DNA of 64,000 nucleotides, taken from assembly GCA_041662525.1 (NCBI GenBank), contig JBAZSF010000002.1, positions 3,121 to 67,120 on the forward strand, in the 5' to 3' direction. The stretch comes from Minisyncoccota bacterium. Lineage in GTDB: Bacteria; Patescibacteriota; Minisyncoccia; Phycocordibacterales; UBA9973. A program made the translations under genes and the position numbers. This document shows positions 10,342 to 19,816 of this stretch, in pieces; positions within the stretch are counted from its first letter, which is position 1; every line of letters begins with the position of its first letter. The notes under the pieces were generated by a model. It saw only the letters and a program-made list of their open reading frames with translations, was not told the DNA's origin and ran no database searches.

Positions 10342-11022
10342 ATGGAAAATAAAACAGCCGAATCATACCCAATGCGGATAAATAAATATCTGGCTCTTAA
10401 AAAAATCTCCACTAGACGTGGAGCAGATCTTCTAGTAAAAGACAAAAAAGTCTTTATCAATAAAAAATTGGCAGTCCTCGGCAGTCAAGTAAATGAGACT
10501 GATGTAGTAGAAGTAAAAGGTGCAAAACCCGTAGAATATAAATATTTTGCCTACAATAAACCAATAGGAACCGAAACAGATTCTCCTAAAAAAGATCTCT
10601 TTCCTTTGGGAAGACTTGATAAAAATTCCCATGGACTTTTGATACTTACTAATGATGGGCGAATAACTGATCAACTCTTAAACCCAAAATATTTTCATGA
10701 AAAAGAATACGTCGTTCGCACCAAAGAAAAACTCCGCTCAAACTTCAAACAAAAAATGGAAGAAGGCGTAGATATTGAAGGATATAAAACAAAACCATGC
10801 AAAATAAAAATAATGAGTGAAAATACTTTCAAAGTAATTTTAACCGAAGGAAAAAAACATCAAATCCGCCGAATGTGCGCAAACCTTTTCCAAGAAGTCG
10901 CTGACCTGAAACGTGAAAGAATCATGAATATAAAATTAGGAAACTTAAAGCCAAAAGCTATAAGAGAAATAAAAGGCGAAGAATTAACTATTTTTCTAAA
11001 TCAAGTACTTCATCAATCCTAA
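10342..11022 (+). CDS. rRNA pseudouridine synthase (RsuA/RluB/F family)
   Basis: S4 domain RINKYLA..STRRGAD; GRLDKNSHGLLILTND; EGKKHQIRRM. Confidence 0.9.
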   Translation: MENKTAESYPMRINKYLALKKISTRRGADLLVKDKKVFINKKLAVLGSQVNETDVVEVKGAKPVEYKYFAYNKPIGTETDSPKKDLFPLGRLDKNSHGLLILTNDGRITDQLLNPKYFHEKEYVVRTKEKLRSNFKQKMEEGVDIEGYKTKPCKIKIMSENTFKVILTEGKKHQIRRMCANLFQEVADLKRERIMNIKLGNLKPKAIREIKGEELTIFLNQVLHQS

Positions 11023-12496
11023 TTTGTTTTACAAATTCAGGTACGTGGGAGACTAAAATCATTGCGCCTTTGTATTTGTCTAATGCTTCCGCGATAATAG
11101 GTAAATGGCGAAAATTTATATGATTGGTCGGCTCGTCTAAGATTAAGAGCCCGGGTTTTTGGAGAACTAGTCTAGCAAAAGCAACGAGTCCTTTTTGTCC
11201 TTCTGAAAGACTTCCTATTTTTGTACGAATAAATTCTCCAGTAATTAAAAAACCAGCGGCAATAGAACGCATTCGCTCTTCGTCTAACCTTTCTCCCCCT
11301 TCACGCATAGCGTCTGCTAAAGATTGGTAAACTGTATCTTCAAAGTTTAAAGTAGAAAAATCTTGTCTGTAATACCCGATCCGTGTTCCTTCTTTTACCT
11401 TTTCACCATCAGCATGACCACTCGCTAACCTCTCTAAAAGAGTTGTTTTACCAATACCATTCGGTCCTTGTAATAACAAGTGGTGATTTTTATTTAAAGA
11501 CACCTTAGCTTTATGTTTTACAATTTTCCCATTTTTCATCGTGGTAAAAGAAGAAATATTTAAAATCTCACCAATTAAATCAGGTTGAAAAGGAATAATA
11601 AAAGGCCTGATAGCTTTATCTTCTTTCCGCACATCTACTATCTCTTCTTCAAGCTCTTCTGCTTTTTCCCGCATTCGCTTTGCTACCAAACGCAGTCTTC
11701 CTCCTTTGTATGCAAAAACATTAGCCTGGTCTTTTTTCGCTTGGATTTCTTTTTGCAGTTGGGCATTTTTCATATTTTCTTTTTCTACCCGAGCAGTAAT
11801 ATCTTTCACTACATTAAAATAGTTCCCAACATATTGCTCAATCTTTTTTGTATAAACATCTAAATAAAGCACCCCCTGCGTAAAAGCATTTAGAAATTCT
11901 GCATCGTGGGAAATAACTAAAACCGTCTTTTTGTAATCAACTAAAAATTTTGTCAGATGCGCAATGCCAGCTTTATCTAAATTATTAGTAGGCTCATCTA
12001 AAAGAAGTAGATCTGGATCTTGAATAAGAGCCGAAGCCAAAAGCAAACGAGCTTGTTGTCCACCTGAAAAAGTTTTTATGATTCTGTCATGGACTTTTGT
12101 ATGCCCTTTCAAATTTACCACCTCTAACACGTCATCAATTCTAGGATCAATATCATACACCTTCGCTGATGTTTTATTTTGAAAACATTTCTCAAAAAAT
12201 TCTCTGACAGTCAAACCTAACTCTTCTCTTGGAATAACTTGCCTGGATAGAGCAATCGTAACTCCATTTACAATATTAATAATTCCAGATTCTCGAATAT
12301 TTTTTCCAAAAATAAGTCCAAAAATAGTACTCTTACCAGCACCATTTTGCCCCATTAGAGCAAATTTGGATCCTCGTCGCAAAGTAAAAGACACCTCATC
12401 TAAAATAGGTTTATTTACTCCCCACTCAAATGAAACTTTATCAAATCTAACTATAGTTTCTTGAGTTTTTTGGTTATCTTTCGATTCTTTAGACAT
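10988..12496 (-). CDS. ABC-F family ATPase
   Basis: Two NBDs (GQNGAGKST; GPNGIGKTT), DEPTN, no TM. Confidence 0.9.
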   Translation of the reverse strand: MSKESKDNQKTQETIVRFDKVSFEWGVNKPILDEVSFTLRRGSKFALMGQNGAGKSTIFGLIFGKNIRESGIINIVNGVTIALSRQVIPREELGLTVREFFEKCFQNKTSAKVYDIDPRIDDVLEVVNLKGHTKVHDRIIKTFSGGQQARLLLASALIQDPDLLLLDEPTNNLDKAGIAHLTKFLVDYKKTVLVISHDAEFLNAFTQGVLYLDVYTKKIEQYVGNYFNVVKDITARVEKENMKNAQLQKEIQAKKDQANVFAYKGGRLRLVAKRMREKAEELEEEIVDVRKEDKAIRPFIIPFQPDLIGEILNISSFTTMKNGKIVKHKAKVSLNKNHHLLLQGPNGIGKTTLLERLASGHADGEKVKEGTRIGYYRQDFSTLNFEDTVYQSLADAMREGGERLDEERMRSIAAGFLITGEFIRTKIGSLSEGQKGLVAFARLVLQKPGLLILDEPTNHINFRHLPIIAEALDKYKGAMILVSHVPEFVKQIRIDEVLDLEK

Positions 12497-12549
12497 CCAA
12501 ATACATTAGCTTATTTTTGATAAAATAGCGAGTAAAAAAGACCAACTGC

Positions 12550-12579
12550 TTGACAAATTAGGTTATTTTATGATATACT
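12550..12579 (+). promoter_or_regulatory. Sigma-70 promoter of cold-shock gene
   Basis: TTGACA-18 nt-TATACT with extended TG. Confidence 0.65.
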
Positions 12580-12668
12580 GTACATACAAAGTAGGTGCAA
12601 GAAGAGTTTAGAAGAGTCGATTTCTTAAGTATATCTATTTGTCTTTAATAATTTTAACTAAAAAATCA

Positions 12669-12869
12669 ATGACCGGTACAATAAAAAAGATGGTTAGTGA
12701 AAAAGGTTTTGGCTTTATAACAGCAGAAGGACTTCAGAAGGATTTATTCTTCCACAGTAATTCTCTTGTTGGCGTAACCTTTGATGAACTAAAAGAAGGT
12801 GATACTGTTTCTTTTGAAACAGAAGAATCACCAAAAGGATTGAATGCTACAAACGTACAACGTGCGTAA
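12669..12869 (+). CDS. cspA: Cold shock protein
   Basis: KGFGFI, DLFFH, KGLNATNV; start at ATG 12669. Confidence 0.92.
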   Translation: MTGTIKKMVSEKGFGFITAEGLQKDLFFHSNSLVGVTFDELKEGDTVSFETEESPKGLNATNVQRA

Positions 12870-12880
12870 TATCTAATCAT

Positions 12881-12918
12881 AACAAAAAGCCCCCAAATAT
12901 GGGGGCTTTTTGTTTTTT
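12881..12918. terminator. Bidirectional intrinsic terminator
   Basis: aacaaaaagccccc aaatat gggggctttttgtt between convergent genes. Confidence 0.85.
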
Positions 12919-12921
12919 ATT

Positions 12922-13200
12922 CTATTGATCGAATTCTTCTCCCTTCGCCCACTTCTTTAATATCTCATAATCCGTATCTCCGCAAATAAATTTCTTTGTT
13001 TGTGTATTATAGAAAAAAGGAACTCCACCACACAATTCTCCATTATCAATGGATAGTAATTTCTTTTCGTTTTCTTTATTATGCCAGACTTCTAATTTTT
13101 CTACTTTTACCCCCTCCTCTTTTTCTAAACGTTCCACTAGCTCGTGCATAGTGACACAATGTGGGCATTCAGTTCCATAAAATTCTAATAAATGATTCAT
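12922..13200 (-). CDS. Thioredoxin-like protein
   Basis: FYGTECPHC, GVPFF. Confidence 0.8.
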   Translation of the reverse strand: MNHLLEFYGTECPHCVTMHELVERLEKEEGVKVEKLEVWHNKENEKKLLSIDNGELCGGVPFFYNTQTKKFICGDTDYEILKKWAKGEEFDQ

Positions 13201-13208
13201 AAAAATGA

Positions 13209-13320
13209 AAGAAATTTTATTTGTTATTTAGAAAGCCTTGCGACCAGCTCTCGAGCCGAGCAGTTCGCTGGCATAGCAATGCCAGATAGATTGCTTTATA
13301 AATAGCAAATCAAATTTCTT
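13209..13320 (+). mobile_element. Rod-shaped palindromic element, A-type head
   Basis: Head 13227-13300 matches 15109-15181 apart from one hairpin tip; unique arms aagaaattttatttgttattta / taaatagcaaatcaaatttctt. Confidence 0.8.
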
Positions 13321-13582
13321 AATTAACCAACTTTGATAAGCGAGATTTCTTGCGAGCGGCATTGTTCTTCTTGATCACCCCTTTTTGCGCGGATTTGTCT
13401 ATCGCCTGAAAAGCAAGTGAGAGCATTTTTCTAGCTTCGGCTTTACCTGTTTCCTTGTTTGTTTTGACAACTTTCTCGATTTTCTTGATTATTTCTTTCA
13501 TTACCTTCTTGCGTTGGTCATTAAAAGCCTTCTTGCGAAGAGAACCTCGGATTGCTTTTTTAGCTGATTGTGTTATTGGCAT
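13319..13582 (-). CDS. rpsT: 30S ribosomal protein S20
   Basis: MPITQSAKKA, AIDKSAQKGVIKKNNAARKKSRL. Confidence 0.95.
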   Translation of the reverse strand: MPITQSAKKAIRGSLRKKAFNDQRKKVMKEIIKKIEKVVKTNKETGKAEARKMLSLAFQAIDKSAQKGVIKKNNAARKKSRLSKLVN

Positions 13583-13635
13583 TTATGCAATATAGCAAAA
13601 AACCCAAAAAAATGCAATTATGCTATCATTAATTT

Positions 13636-14223
13636 ATGATTGGAAGCATTAAAGGAAAAATCATATTAAAAACAGACAAATTCCTGATCGTGGAAACGGG
13701 CGGGGTTGGCTATAAAATAAGTGTCTCCCCTGATGTACTAGCCAAGCTTGCCCCTCGACTGCGCTCGGGACAAAATGAAACAGACACTGTTTCATTTTGG
13801 ATACACACTCATGTACGAGAAGACGCTTTAGACTTGTATGGATTTTTAGAACGTTCAGAATTGGAATTTTTCGAAATGCTAATAAATATATCTGGCATAG
13901 GACCAAGGTCTGCCTTAGCAATTTTAGGAATTGCTTCAATTGAAACATTAAGAAAAGCTATTGGGACTGGAGACACTTCATATCTCACAAAAATATCAGG
14001 CATTGGTAAAAAAACTGCAGAAAGAATTGTAATTGAACTACGCGACAAAATGGGAACAAATTTAGAAGGAAGTTCCTTGCAGGGAGAATTAGACGCATTA
14101 GAAGCGCTTAAGTCTCTCGGCTATTCTCAAAACGAAGCACGTGAAGCATTAAAAAAAGTTACTCCTGATGCCAGCACCAATATAAAAATAAAAGAAGCGC
14201 TAAAAATTTTAGGAAATAAGTAA
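13636..14223 (+). CDS. ruvA: Holliday junction branch migration protein RuvA (short hairpin insertion 13748-13773)
   Basis: GGVGY, HVRED, ISGIGPRSAL, GIGKKTAERIVIEL. Confidence 0.95.
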   Translation: MIGSIKGKIILKTDKFLIVETGGVGYKISVSPDVLAKLAPRLRSGQNETDTVSFWIHTHVREDALDLYGFLERSELEFFEMLINISGIGPRSALAILGIASIETLRKAIGTGDTSYLTKISGIGKKTAERIVIELRDKMGTNLEGSSLQGELDALEALKSLGYSQNEAREALKKVTPDASTNIKIKEALKILGNK

Positions 14224-14232
14224 ATAAAAACT

Positions 14233-15096
14233 ATGCCTGAGCTTCCAGAAGTTGAAACAACCACAAGGGGCCTAAGAAAAACGGTAGTAGGTCTCACAAT
14301 AAAAAATGTCTGGACTGATTTAGCAACAAAAGATAAACGCAAGACAGACAGTGTGGCCAATCCTAAATTTTTCAAAATTTTCAAGAAAGAAATTCTAAAT
14401 AAAAAAATTATATCAGTAGAAAGGCGTGCAAAAAATATTCTCATAAATCTTTCTGGCAAAAAAGAAACACAGCAAACTATTCTTATTCATCTAAAAATGA
14501 CCGGCTATTTATTTTATGGCAAAGATCCAGAAATTAAATTCGCACATGTAATTTTTACTTTAAGTAATAGTTATTATTTAATTTTTTCGGATATGCGTAA
14601 ATTCGGAAAGATAACTCTACTGGATACTAAAATTGCGCACGACAGTAAGCATTTAAATAATATCGGACCGGAACCACTTGATAAAAATTTCACTTTACCT
14701 AAATTAAAAGAACGTTTAAATAAAAAACCTACAGGTAAAATAAAAACCGTTTTAATGAATCAGGGAATCATAGCTGGTATTGGTAATATTTACTCGGATG
14801 AAATCCTCTGGCATGCTAACGTGCATCCAGAGAGAAAAGTTTCTACACTAAAAAATTCAGAAATTAAATTAATATTTAAAGCAATAAAAGAAACTCTCAA
14901 AAAAGGTATTGATTTCGGTGGAGATTCAATGTCAGATTATAAAAATATTTATGGCTTGCCTGGTAAATTCCAACTACACCATGAAGCATATAGACGCACT
15001 GGAGAAAAATGCAGAAAAAAAAATTGTAAAGGTATAATAATAAGAAAAGTTATAAATAGCCGCAGCGCACACTTTTGTGATACTCATCAAAAATAA
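14233..15096 (+). CDS. mutM: Formamidopyrimidine-DNA glycosylase
   Basis: MPELPEVET, HLKMTG, GIGNIYSDE, C-terminal zinc finger. Confidence 0.95.
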   Translation: MPELPEVETTTRGLRKTVVGLTIKNVWTDLATKDKRKTDSVANPKFFKIFKKEILNKKIISVERRAKNILINLSGKKETQQTILIHLKMTGYLFYGKDPEIKFAHVIFTLSNSYYLIFSDMRKFGKITLLDTKIAHDSKHLNNIGPEPLDKNFTLPKLKERLNKKPTGKIKTVLMNQGIIAGIGNIYSDEILWHANVHPERKVSTLKNSEIKLIFKAIKETLKKGIDFGGDSMSDYKNIYGLPGKFQLHHEAYRRTGEKCRKKNCKGIIIRKVINSRSAHFCDTHQK

Positions 15097-15206
15097 GAGA
15101 ATATAAAATTTAGAAAGCCTTGCGCAGGCTGACGAGCCGAGCAGTTCGCTGGCATAGCAATGCCAGATAGATTGCTTTATAGATTTTGATATTTTCTTAT
15201 TTTTGA
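15087..15206 (+). mobile_element. Rod-shaped palindromic element, A-type head
   Basis: 73-nt head 15109-15181 identical to 43466-43538; left arm includes the mutM stop. Confidence 0.85.
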
Positions 15207-15328
15207 ATTCTAAAATTATAGAATCAAAATTTTTGTCGGTACAGATTTTTTGAAGCTTAAAAAATCCTGAAGTTTGCTCGCCGTCGCTCGCAAAACCCCT
15301 TAAAAACTTTATTCTATAATTTTAAAAT
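15207..15328 (-). mobile_element. Rod-shaped palindromic element, inverted relative of the 7098 element
   Basis: Reverse complement contains aacttcaggattttttaagcttcaaaaaatctgtaccga as at 7151-7189; arms taaaattatagaat / attctataatttta. Confidence 0.8.
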
Positions 15329-15793
15329 CCTAAAAAGTGCTATCCCTATCGCGACAGAAACATTTAACGATTCTTTTTTGCCTCGCATGGGAATTTCAGC
15401 AATTATATCGCATTTTTTTAGATTGCTCTTGGAAATTCCAGCCACTTCTTCCCCAACCAAGAATGCATTTTTATTTTGCAATTTAACCTTTTTATAATCA
15501 ACAGATTTTTTATCTTGCTCTATCCCGATAATTAAAAATTTTTCTTTCTTTAATTTAGTAAGTAATGTGGAGATACTTTTTTTCTGTTCCCAAGGCACGA
15601 ACTCTTCTGCACCCAAGGCAGATTTTGCCAGGTCTCCCCTCTTCCTACCAAATCGATCGAGTGGTGTCGGCGTATAACCCGTCAAATAAATTTTATTTAT
15701 TCCCGCCGCATCAGCCGTACGAAACATCGCTCCGACATTTTCTACGCTTCGAATGTTGTGCAGTATTAAAATATTTTTCTGTATTTTTTTCAT
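15314..15793 (-). CDS. TrmH/SpoU family RNA methyltransferase
   Basis: HNIRSVENVGAMFRTAD, IPMRGKKESLNVSVA. Confidence 0.9.
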   Translation of the reverse strand: MKKIQKNILILHNIRSVENVGAMFRTADAAGINKIYLTGYTPTPLDRFGRKRGDLAKSALGAEEFVPWEQKKSISTLLTKLKKEKFLIIGIEQDKKSVDYKKVKLQNKNAFLVGEEVAGISKSNLKKCDIIAEIPMRGKKESLNVSVAIGIALFRILKL

Positions 15794-17004
15794 TATTTTT
15801 TATGTAAAAAATTCTTATTTCGCATATTTTTATGATAATTTATAGCAAATCGATGAGCTTCATTATTTGCTAGTAGAATTTCTCTTTTATATTTTAACCC
15901 AAACTCCTTATCCCCCATTATTGCTTTTGGCTTGTGCCTTTCATCTTTTAATACTGAAACTGTAGTGATATTTATGCCCATTTTCTTTAAAACATTTTTT
16001 GTAACATTAATTTGTGCCATACCACCGTCCACCACTATTAAATCTGGAAACATCCACTCTTTATGCGCCAACCTTCTTTCTAATACTTCTTTTAATGCAC
16101 CAATATCGTTGGCATTATCTTGAGTTCTGATTTTAAATTTTTTATATTCACTTTTTACCACTTCTCCATCTTCAACAACCACCATAGAACCAACCATATT
16201 TTTACCTCCCATATGAGCTATGTCATAAGCCTCAATTCTAAACACAGGCTTTAGGCTATAGGCACTAGGCTCTAGCTTTAAAAGAGCAATGTCGTTTATG
16301 TGTTGGAGTGAAAAAATCCTTCTTTTTGTTTTATTCGCTTGTTCAAATTCCTTATTCTTTGCATACAACATCATTTCCTTTTTAAAATTAGAAACGACTT
16401 TCTTTTTCTTACCTTCAAAAAATAATTTGAGATTTTTTATATTTTTGTCGTATGCTATTTTTGCCTCGGTAGTTCCAATATCGGGCGCAAGTCCTATCTG
16501 CTGATAAAATTCAAGATGATCTGGCTGTGCAGACTTGGCATCTAGATATGGAAAAATATGCCGAATTATTTTCATTGCTTCTTTGAGCTGAGACCCATTT
16601 GTAAATGGTCCATATGTTTTAGTAAAATTCTTTTTAATTAAATTTCTCCCACGAATAACTAAAATTTTAGGAAATTCTTCTTTGGTAATACAAACATAAT
16701 TAAAACTTTTATCATCCTTTTCTTTTGTATTGTAATAAGGCTGATGTTTTTTAATCAGATTGGCTTCTAAAATAATTGCTTCTAAAACGGAGTCAGTGGC
16801 TTCCCATTTTACATTATCTGATTTAAAGGCCATATCTAAAATGAGTGGGCCTCTGGTATTAATCAAGTCCTTACTGAAATAGCTTTTCGTGCGATCTCGA
16901 AGAGATGTCGCCTTTCCAATATATAAAATCTTATTATTTTTTAAGAAAAAATATACACCAGGATTGTCTGGTAGTTTTAATTTTTTAAGTATTTCTATTT
17001 TCAT
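15793..17004 (-). CDS. uvrC: Excinuclease ABC subunit C (short form)
   Basis: GIY-YIG (PGVY, LYIGKA), RIEAYDIAH, PDLIVVDGG, EAHRFAI; no C-terminal HhH. Confidence 0.88.
   Translation of the reverse strand: MKIEILKKLKLPDNPGVYFFLKNNKILYIGKATSLRDRTKSYFSKDLINTRGPLILDMAFKSDNVKWEATDSVLEAIILEANLIKKHQPYYNTKEKDDKSFNYVCITKEEFPKILVIRGRNLIKKNFTKTYGPFTNGSQLKEAMKIIRHIFPYLDAKSAQPDHLEFYQQIGLAPDIGTTEAKIAYDKNIKNLKLFFEGKKKKVVSNFKKEMMLYAKNKEFEQANKTKRRIFSLQHINDIALLKLEPSAYSLKPVFRIEAYDIAHMGGKNMVGSMVVVEDGEVVKSEYKKFKIRTQDNANDIGALKEVLERRLAHKEWMFPDLIVVDGGMAQINVTKNVLKKMGINITTVSVLKDERHKPKAIMGDKEFGLKYKREILLANNEAHRFAINYHKNMRNKNFLHKK
16246..16279. repeat. TAGGCnn heptamer tandem repeat, in frame in uvrC
   Basis: aggcttt aggctat aggcact aggctct. 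Confidence 0.7.
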
Positions 17005-17073
17005 CCCAGTACTAAAATTTTAATAATAATGTTTATCGTTATGTCCCTATCCAAAAATTTAGTACGGGACAGG
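17004..17073. repeat. REP-like inverted repeat abutting the uvrC start
   Basis: tcccagtactaaaattt ... aaaatttagtacggga. Confidence 0.65.
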
Positions 17074-17081
17074 TATAATTT

Positions 17082-19700
17082 TTACTTTTTCAAAACTCTT
17101 TTTAAATATTTCCCAGTATAACTTTTTGCATTATTTGCTACTTCTTCTGGTGTCCCCTTAGCAACAATATTACCTCCATTTATCCCGCCTTCCGGGCCGA
17201 TGTCTATAATATAATCAGAGCTTTTTACTATATCGAGATTGTGTTCAATCAAGACAACAGTATTACCATGAGACACTAGTTTATTTAAAACTTCTAAGAG
17301 TTTTTGCACATCATCATAATGAAGCCCCACAGTCGGTTCATCTAAAAGATAGATTGTTTTTTCTAAATGTGGACGATAAAGCTCACTACTGATTTTTACC
17401 CGTTGCGCTTCTCCGCCAGAGAGCGTCGTAGCTGATTGGCCAAGCTCTAAATAACCGAGCCCAACTTCAAAGAGAGTTTGTAACCTATCAAAAATTGCTG
17501 GAATATCTTTAAAAAATATTAATCCATTTTCTACGGTCATATTCAGCACTTCATAAATATTTTTTTTCTTATATTTTACAGTGAGTGTCTCTTTGTCAAA
17601 ACGTTTTCCATTACAAACATCACAAGTAACATAAACCGTCGGTAAAAAATGCATTTCTACAGCAATTTCCCCATTCCCTTCACATGCTTCACAACGACCA
17701 CCCTTCACGTTAAAAGAAAAACGGTTCGCTTTCCAACCTCGCAAACGTGCTTCTTCGGTTGTAGCAAAAAGATCTCGGATATGCGTAAAAGCGCCAGTAT
17801 AAGTGGCAATATTTGAACGTGGAGTCCTGCCTATGGGTGACTGATCGATCAAAATGACTCTCGACAAATATTCAGTCCCCGAAAATGAAGAGCAATTAAA
17901 AATTTTGGCTGTACGATATTTTCGTTCATAGCGAGCTTGAAGATTTTTATAAAGAATCTCATACATCAAAGAACTTTTTCCAGAACCAGAAACTCCAGTA
18001 ATAGAAGTCATAACACCTAGGGGCACTTCCACATTCAAATTATTTATATTAAAAATTTTTCCACCAGTAATACGAAGTGCTCCCTTGCCCCCTCGACGTT
18101 TTTTAGGAATTTCTATTTTTGTTTCACCGCGCAGATAACTAAGCGTTCTAGAATTATTTGTGTTCTTTTTTGCAGTTAATAAATCTTCAAGATAACCAGA
18201 AACAATAACTTCTCCACCATGGACTCCTGCTTTAGGACCAATGTCCACTATATAATCCGAAGCATAAATAGTATCTTCATCATGTTCTACTATTAAGATA
18301 GTATTTCCTAGATCTCGTAGATTTTGTAATGTTTTTATGAGTCTATCATTATCACGCTGATGAAGCCCAATGGTCGGCTCATCTAATACATAAAGTGCTC
18401 CTACGAGTCTCGATCCAAGCTGAGAAGCCAAGCGAATACGTTGTGCTTCTCCGCCAGAGAGAGTGTTTGCTTTACGAGAAAGCTGTAAATAATCCAACCC
18501 AACATCCAACATAAATTGAAGTCTGGCTTCTATCTCACGAACAACTGGCACAGATATTTCTTTTTCTTGTTCCGAAAGTTTTAAATTTTTAAAAAAATCA
18601 TAGGCATCTTTTATAGAAAGAGAAGCAAGGTCTAAAATATTTATGCCTCTAGAGGTCGGACCTCGGACTCCTTTGAGGTCCGACCTCTCTAGGAACACAT
18701 TCAAGGCTTCCGGACGAAGTCGCGCCCCATGACAAGTCTCACATGGCTCATCTCCCATAAAATATTTTGAACCAAGACCATTACAAGTAGGACAGGCGCC
18801 ATAAGGAGAATTAAAAGAAAACAATCTCGGTTCTACTTCTGGAAATGAAAAACCATCATTTTTACAAGCAAATTTTGCTGACATAATAAACTCTTCTTCG
18901 TTGATTCTTATAGTAACCAATCCGTCCGACTCAAGAAGCGCCCTCTCTAAAGCTTCAGAAAGACGCATTCTACTGCCATCTTTATTATCTACGAACTCAT
19001 GTACTGCAAAATGATCTACCAAAATATCAATATTATGAGCTTTATTTTTAGAAAGAGTAATTTGTTCGCGTAACTTTTTCATTACCCCATCGAGACGAAT
19101 CTCTGAAAAACCTTTTCCAAGTAAATCATAAAGTAATTGATAGTATTCACCTTTTCGTCCACGAACTATAGGAGAAAAAATACTTATTTCCGTTTCATCC
19201 CATTCTACACCCATAACTTTTTTATTCTTCTTTGAATTTTTACTTAATGTATTTATTTTCTCTAAAACAAAATTTAAAATTTCTTCATTGGAAAGTTTTT
19301 TTATTTCTTCTCCACATAAAGGACAATGTGGATGCCCGATGCGCGCATACATCACTCGCAAGTAATCATAAATTTCTGTAATAGTCGCCACCGTCGATCG
19401 CGGATTATTAGAACGAGATTTTTGATCAATCGAAATTGCTGGTGAAAGTCCTGTGATTTCATCCACGTCTGGCTTTGGCATTTGATTCAAAAATTGTCGA
19501 GCATAAGAAGAAAGGGACTCCACATATCGGCGTTGCCCTTCAGCGAAGATGGTATCAAAAGCCAAAGATGATTTTCCAGAACCAGAAACCCCAGTGATGG
19601 CTATCATCTTATTGCGTGGCATTTCCACTGAAATATTCTTCAGGTTATGTGTCCTAGCCCCTTTGACCCTTATTATGTCTATGTTTTTTTCTATTTTCAT
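17082..19700 (-). CDS. uvrA: Excinuclease ABC subunit A
   Basis: GARTHNLKN, two [18 protein letters not shown] twice, zinc fingers. Confidence 0.97.
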   Translation of the reverse strand: MKIEKNIDIIRVKGARTHNLKNISVEMPRNKMIAITGVSGSGKSSLAFDTIFAEGQRRYVESLSSYARQFLNQMPKPDVDEITGLSPAISIDQKSRSNNPRSTVATITEIYDYLRVMYARIGHPHCPLCGEEIKKLSNEEILNFVLEKINTLSKNSKKNKKVMGVEWDETEISIFSPIVRGRKGEYYQLLYDLLGKGFSEIRLDGVMKKLREQITLSKNKAHNIDILVDHFAVHEFVDNKDGSRMRLSEALERALLESDGLVTIRINEEEFIMSAKFACKNDGFSFPEVEPRLFSFNSPYGACPTCNGLGSKYFMGDEPCETCHGARLRPEALNVFLERSDLKGVRGPTSRGINILDLASLSIKDAYDFFKNLKLSEQEKEISVPVVREIEARLQFMLDVGLDYLQLSRKANTLSGGEAQRIRLASQLGSRLVGALYVLDEPTIGLHQRDNDRLIKTLQNLRDLGNTILIVEHDEDTIYASDYIVDIGPKAGVHGGEVIVSGYLEDLLTAKKNTNNSRTLSYLRGETKIEIPKKRRGGKGALRITGGKIFNINNLNVEVPLGVMTSITGVSGSGKSSLMYEILYKNLQARYERKYRTAKIFNCSSFSGTEYLSRVILIDQSPIGRTPRSNIATYTGAFTHIRDLFATTEEARLRGWKANRFSFNVKGGRCEACEGNGEIAVEMHFLPTVYVTCDVCNGKRFDKETLTVKYKKKNIYEVLNMTVENGLIFFKDIPAIFDRLQTLFEVGLGYLELGQSATTLSGGEAQRVKISSELYRPHLEKTIYLLDEPTVGLHYDDVQKLLEVLNKLVSHGNTVVLIEHNLDIVKSSDYIIDIGPEGGINGGNIVAKGTPEEVANNAKSYTGKYLKRVLKK
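18649..18692. repeat. In-frame REP-like palindrome in uvrA
   Basis: Perfect 14-bp IR agaggtcggacctc / gaggtccgacctct; encodes [13 protein letters not shown]. Confidence 0.75.
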
Positions 19701-19816
19701 TGATTTTATTTATATATAACACAACAACACCCCGCCTTGCTCATAGGGGGTGTGTATGACTTTCTTTACAATATTTAAGTAACCGTATTATAACATAAAA
19801 TCAAAAGAAATCAAAA

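Noticed and set aside
15113-15141. Hammerhead ribozyme in the A head (GAAA...CTGACGAG)
   Set aside because: CUGACGA overlaps the would-be stem III with no stem I or cleavage triplet, and the 10188 variant changes CTGA to ATGA while keeping the GACG hairpin.
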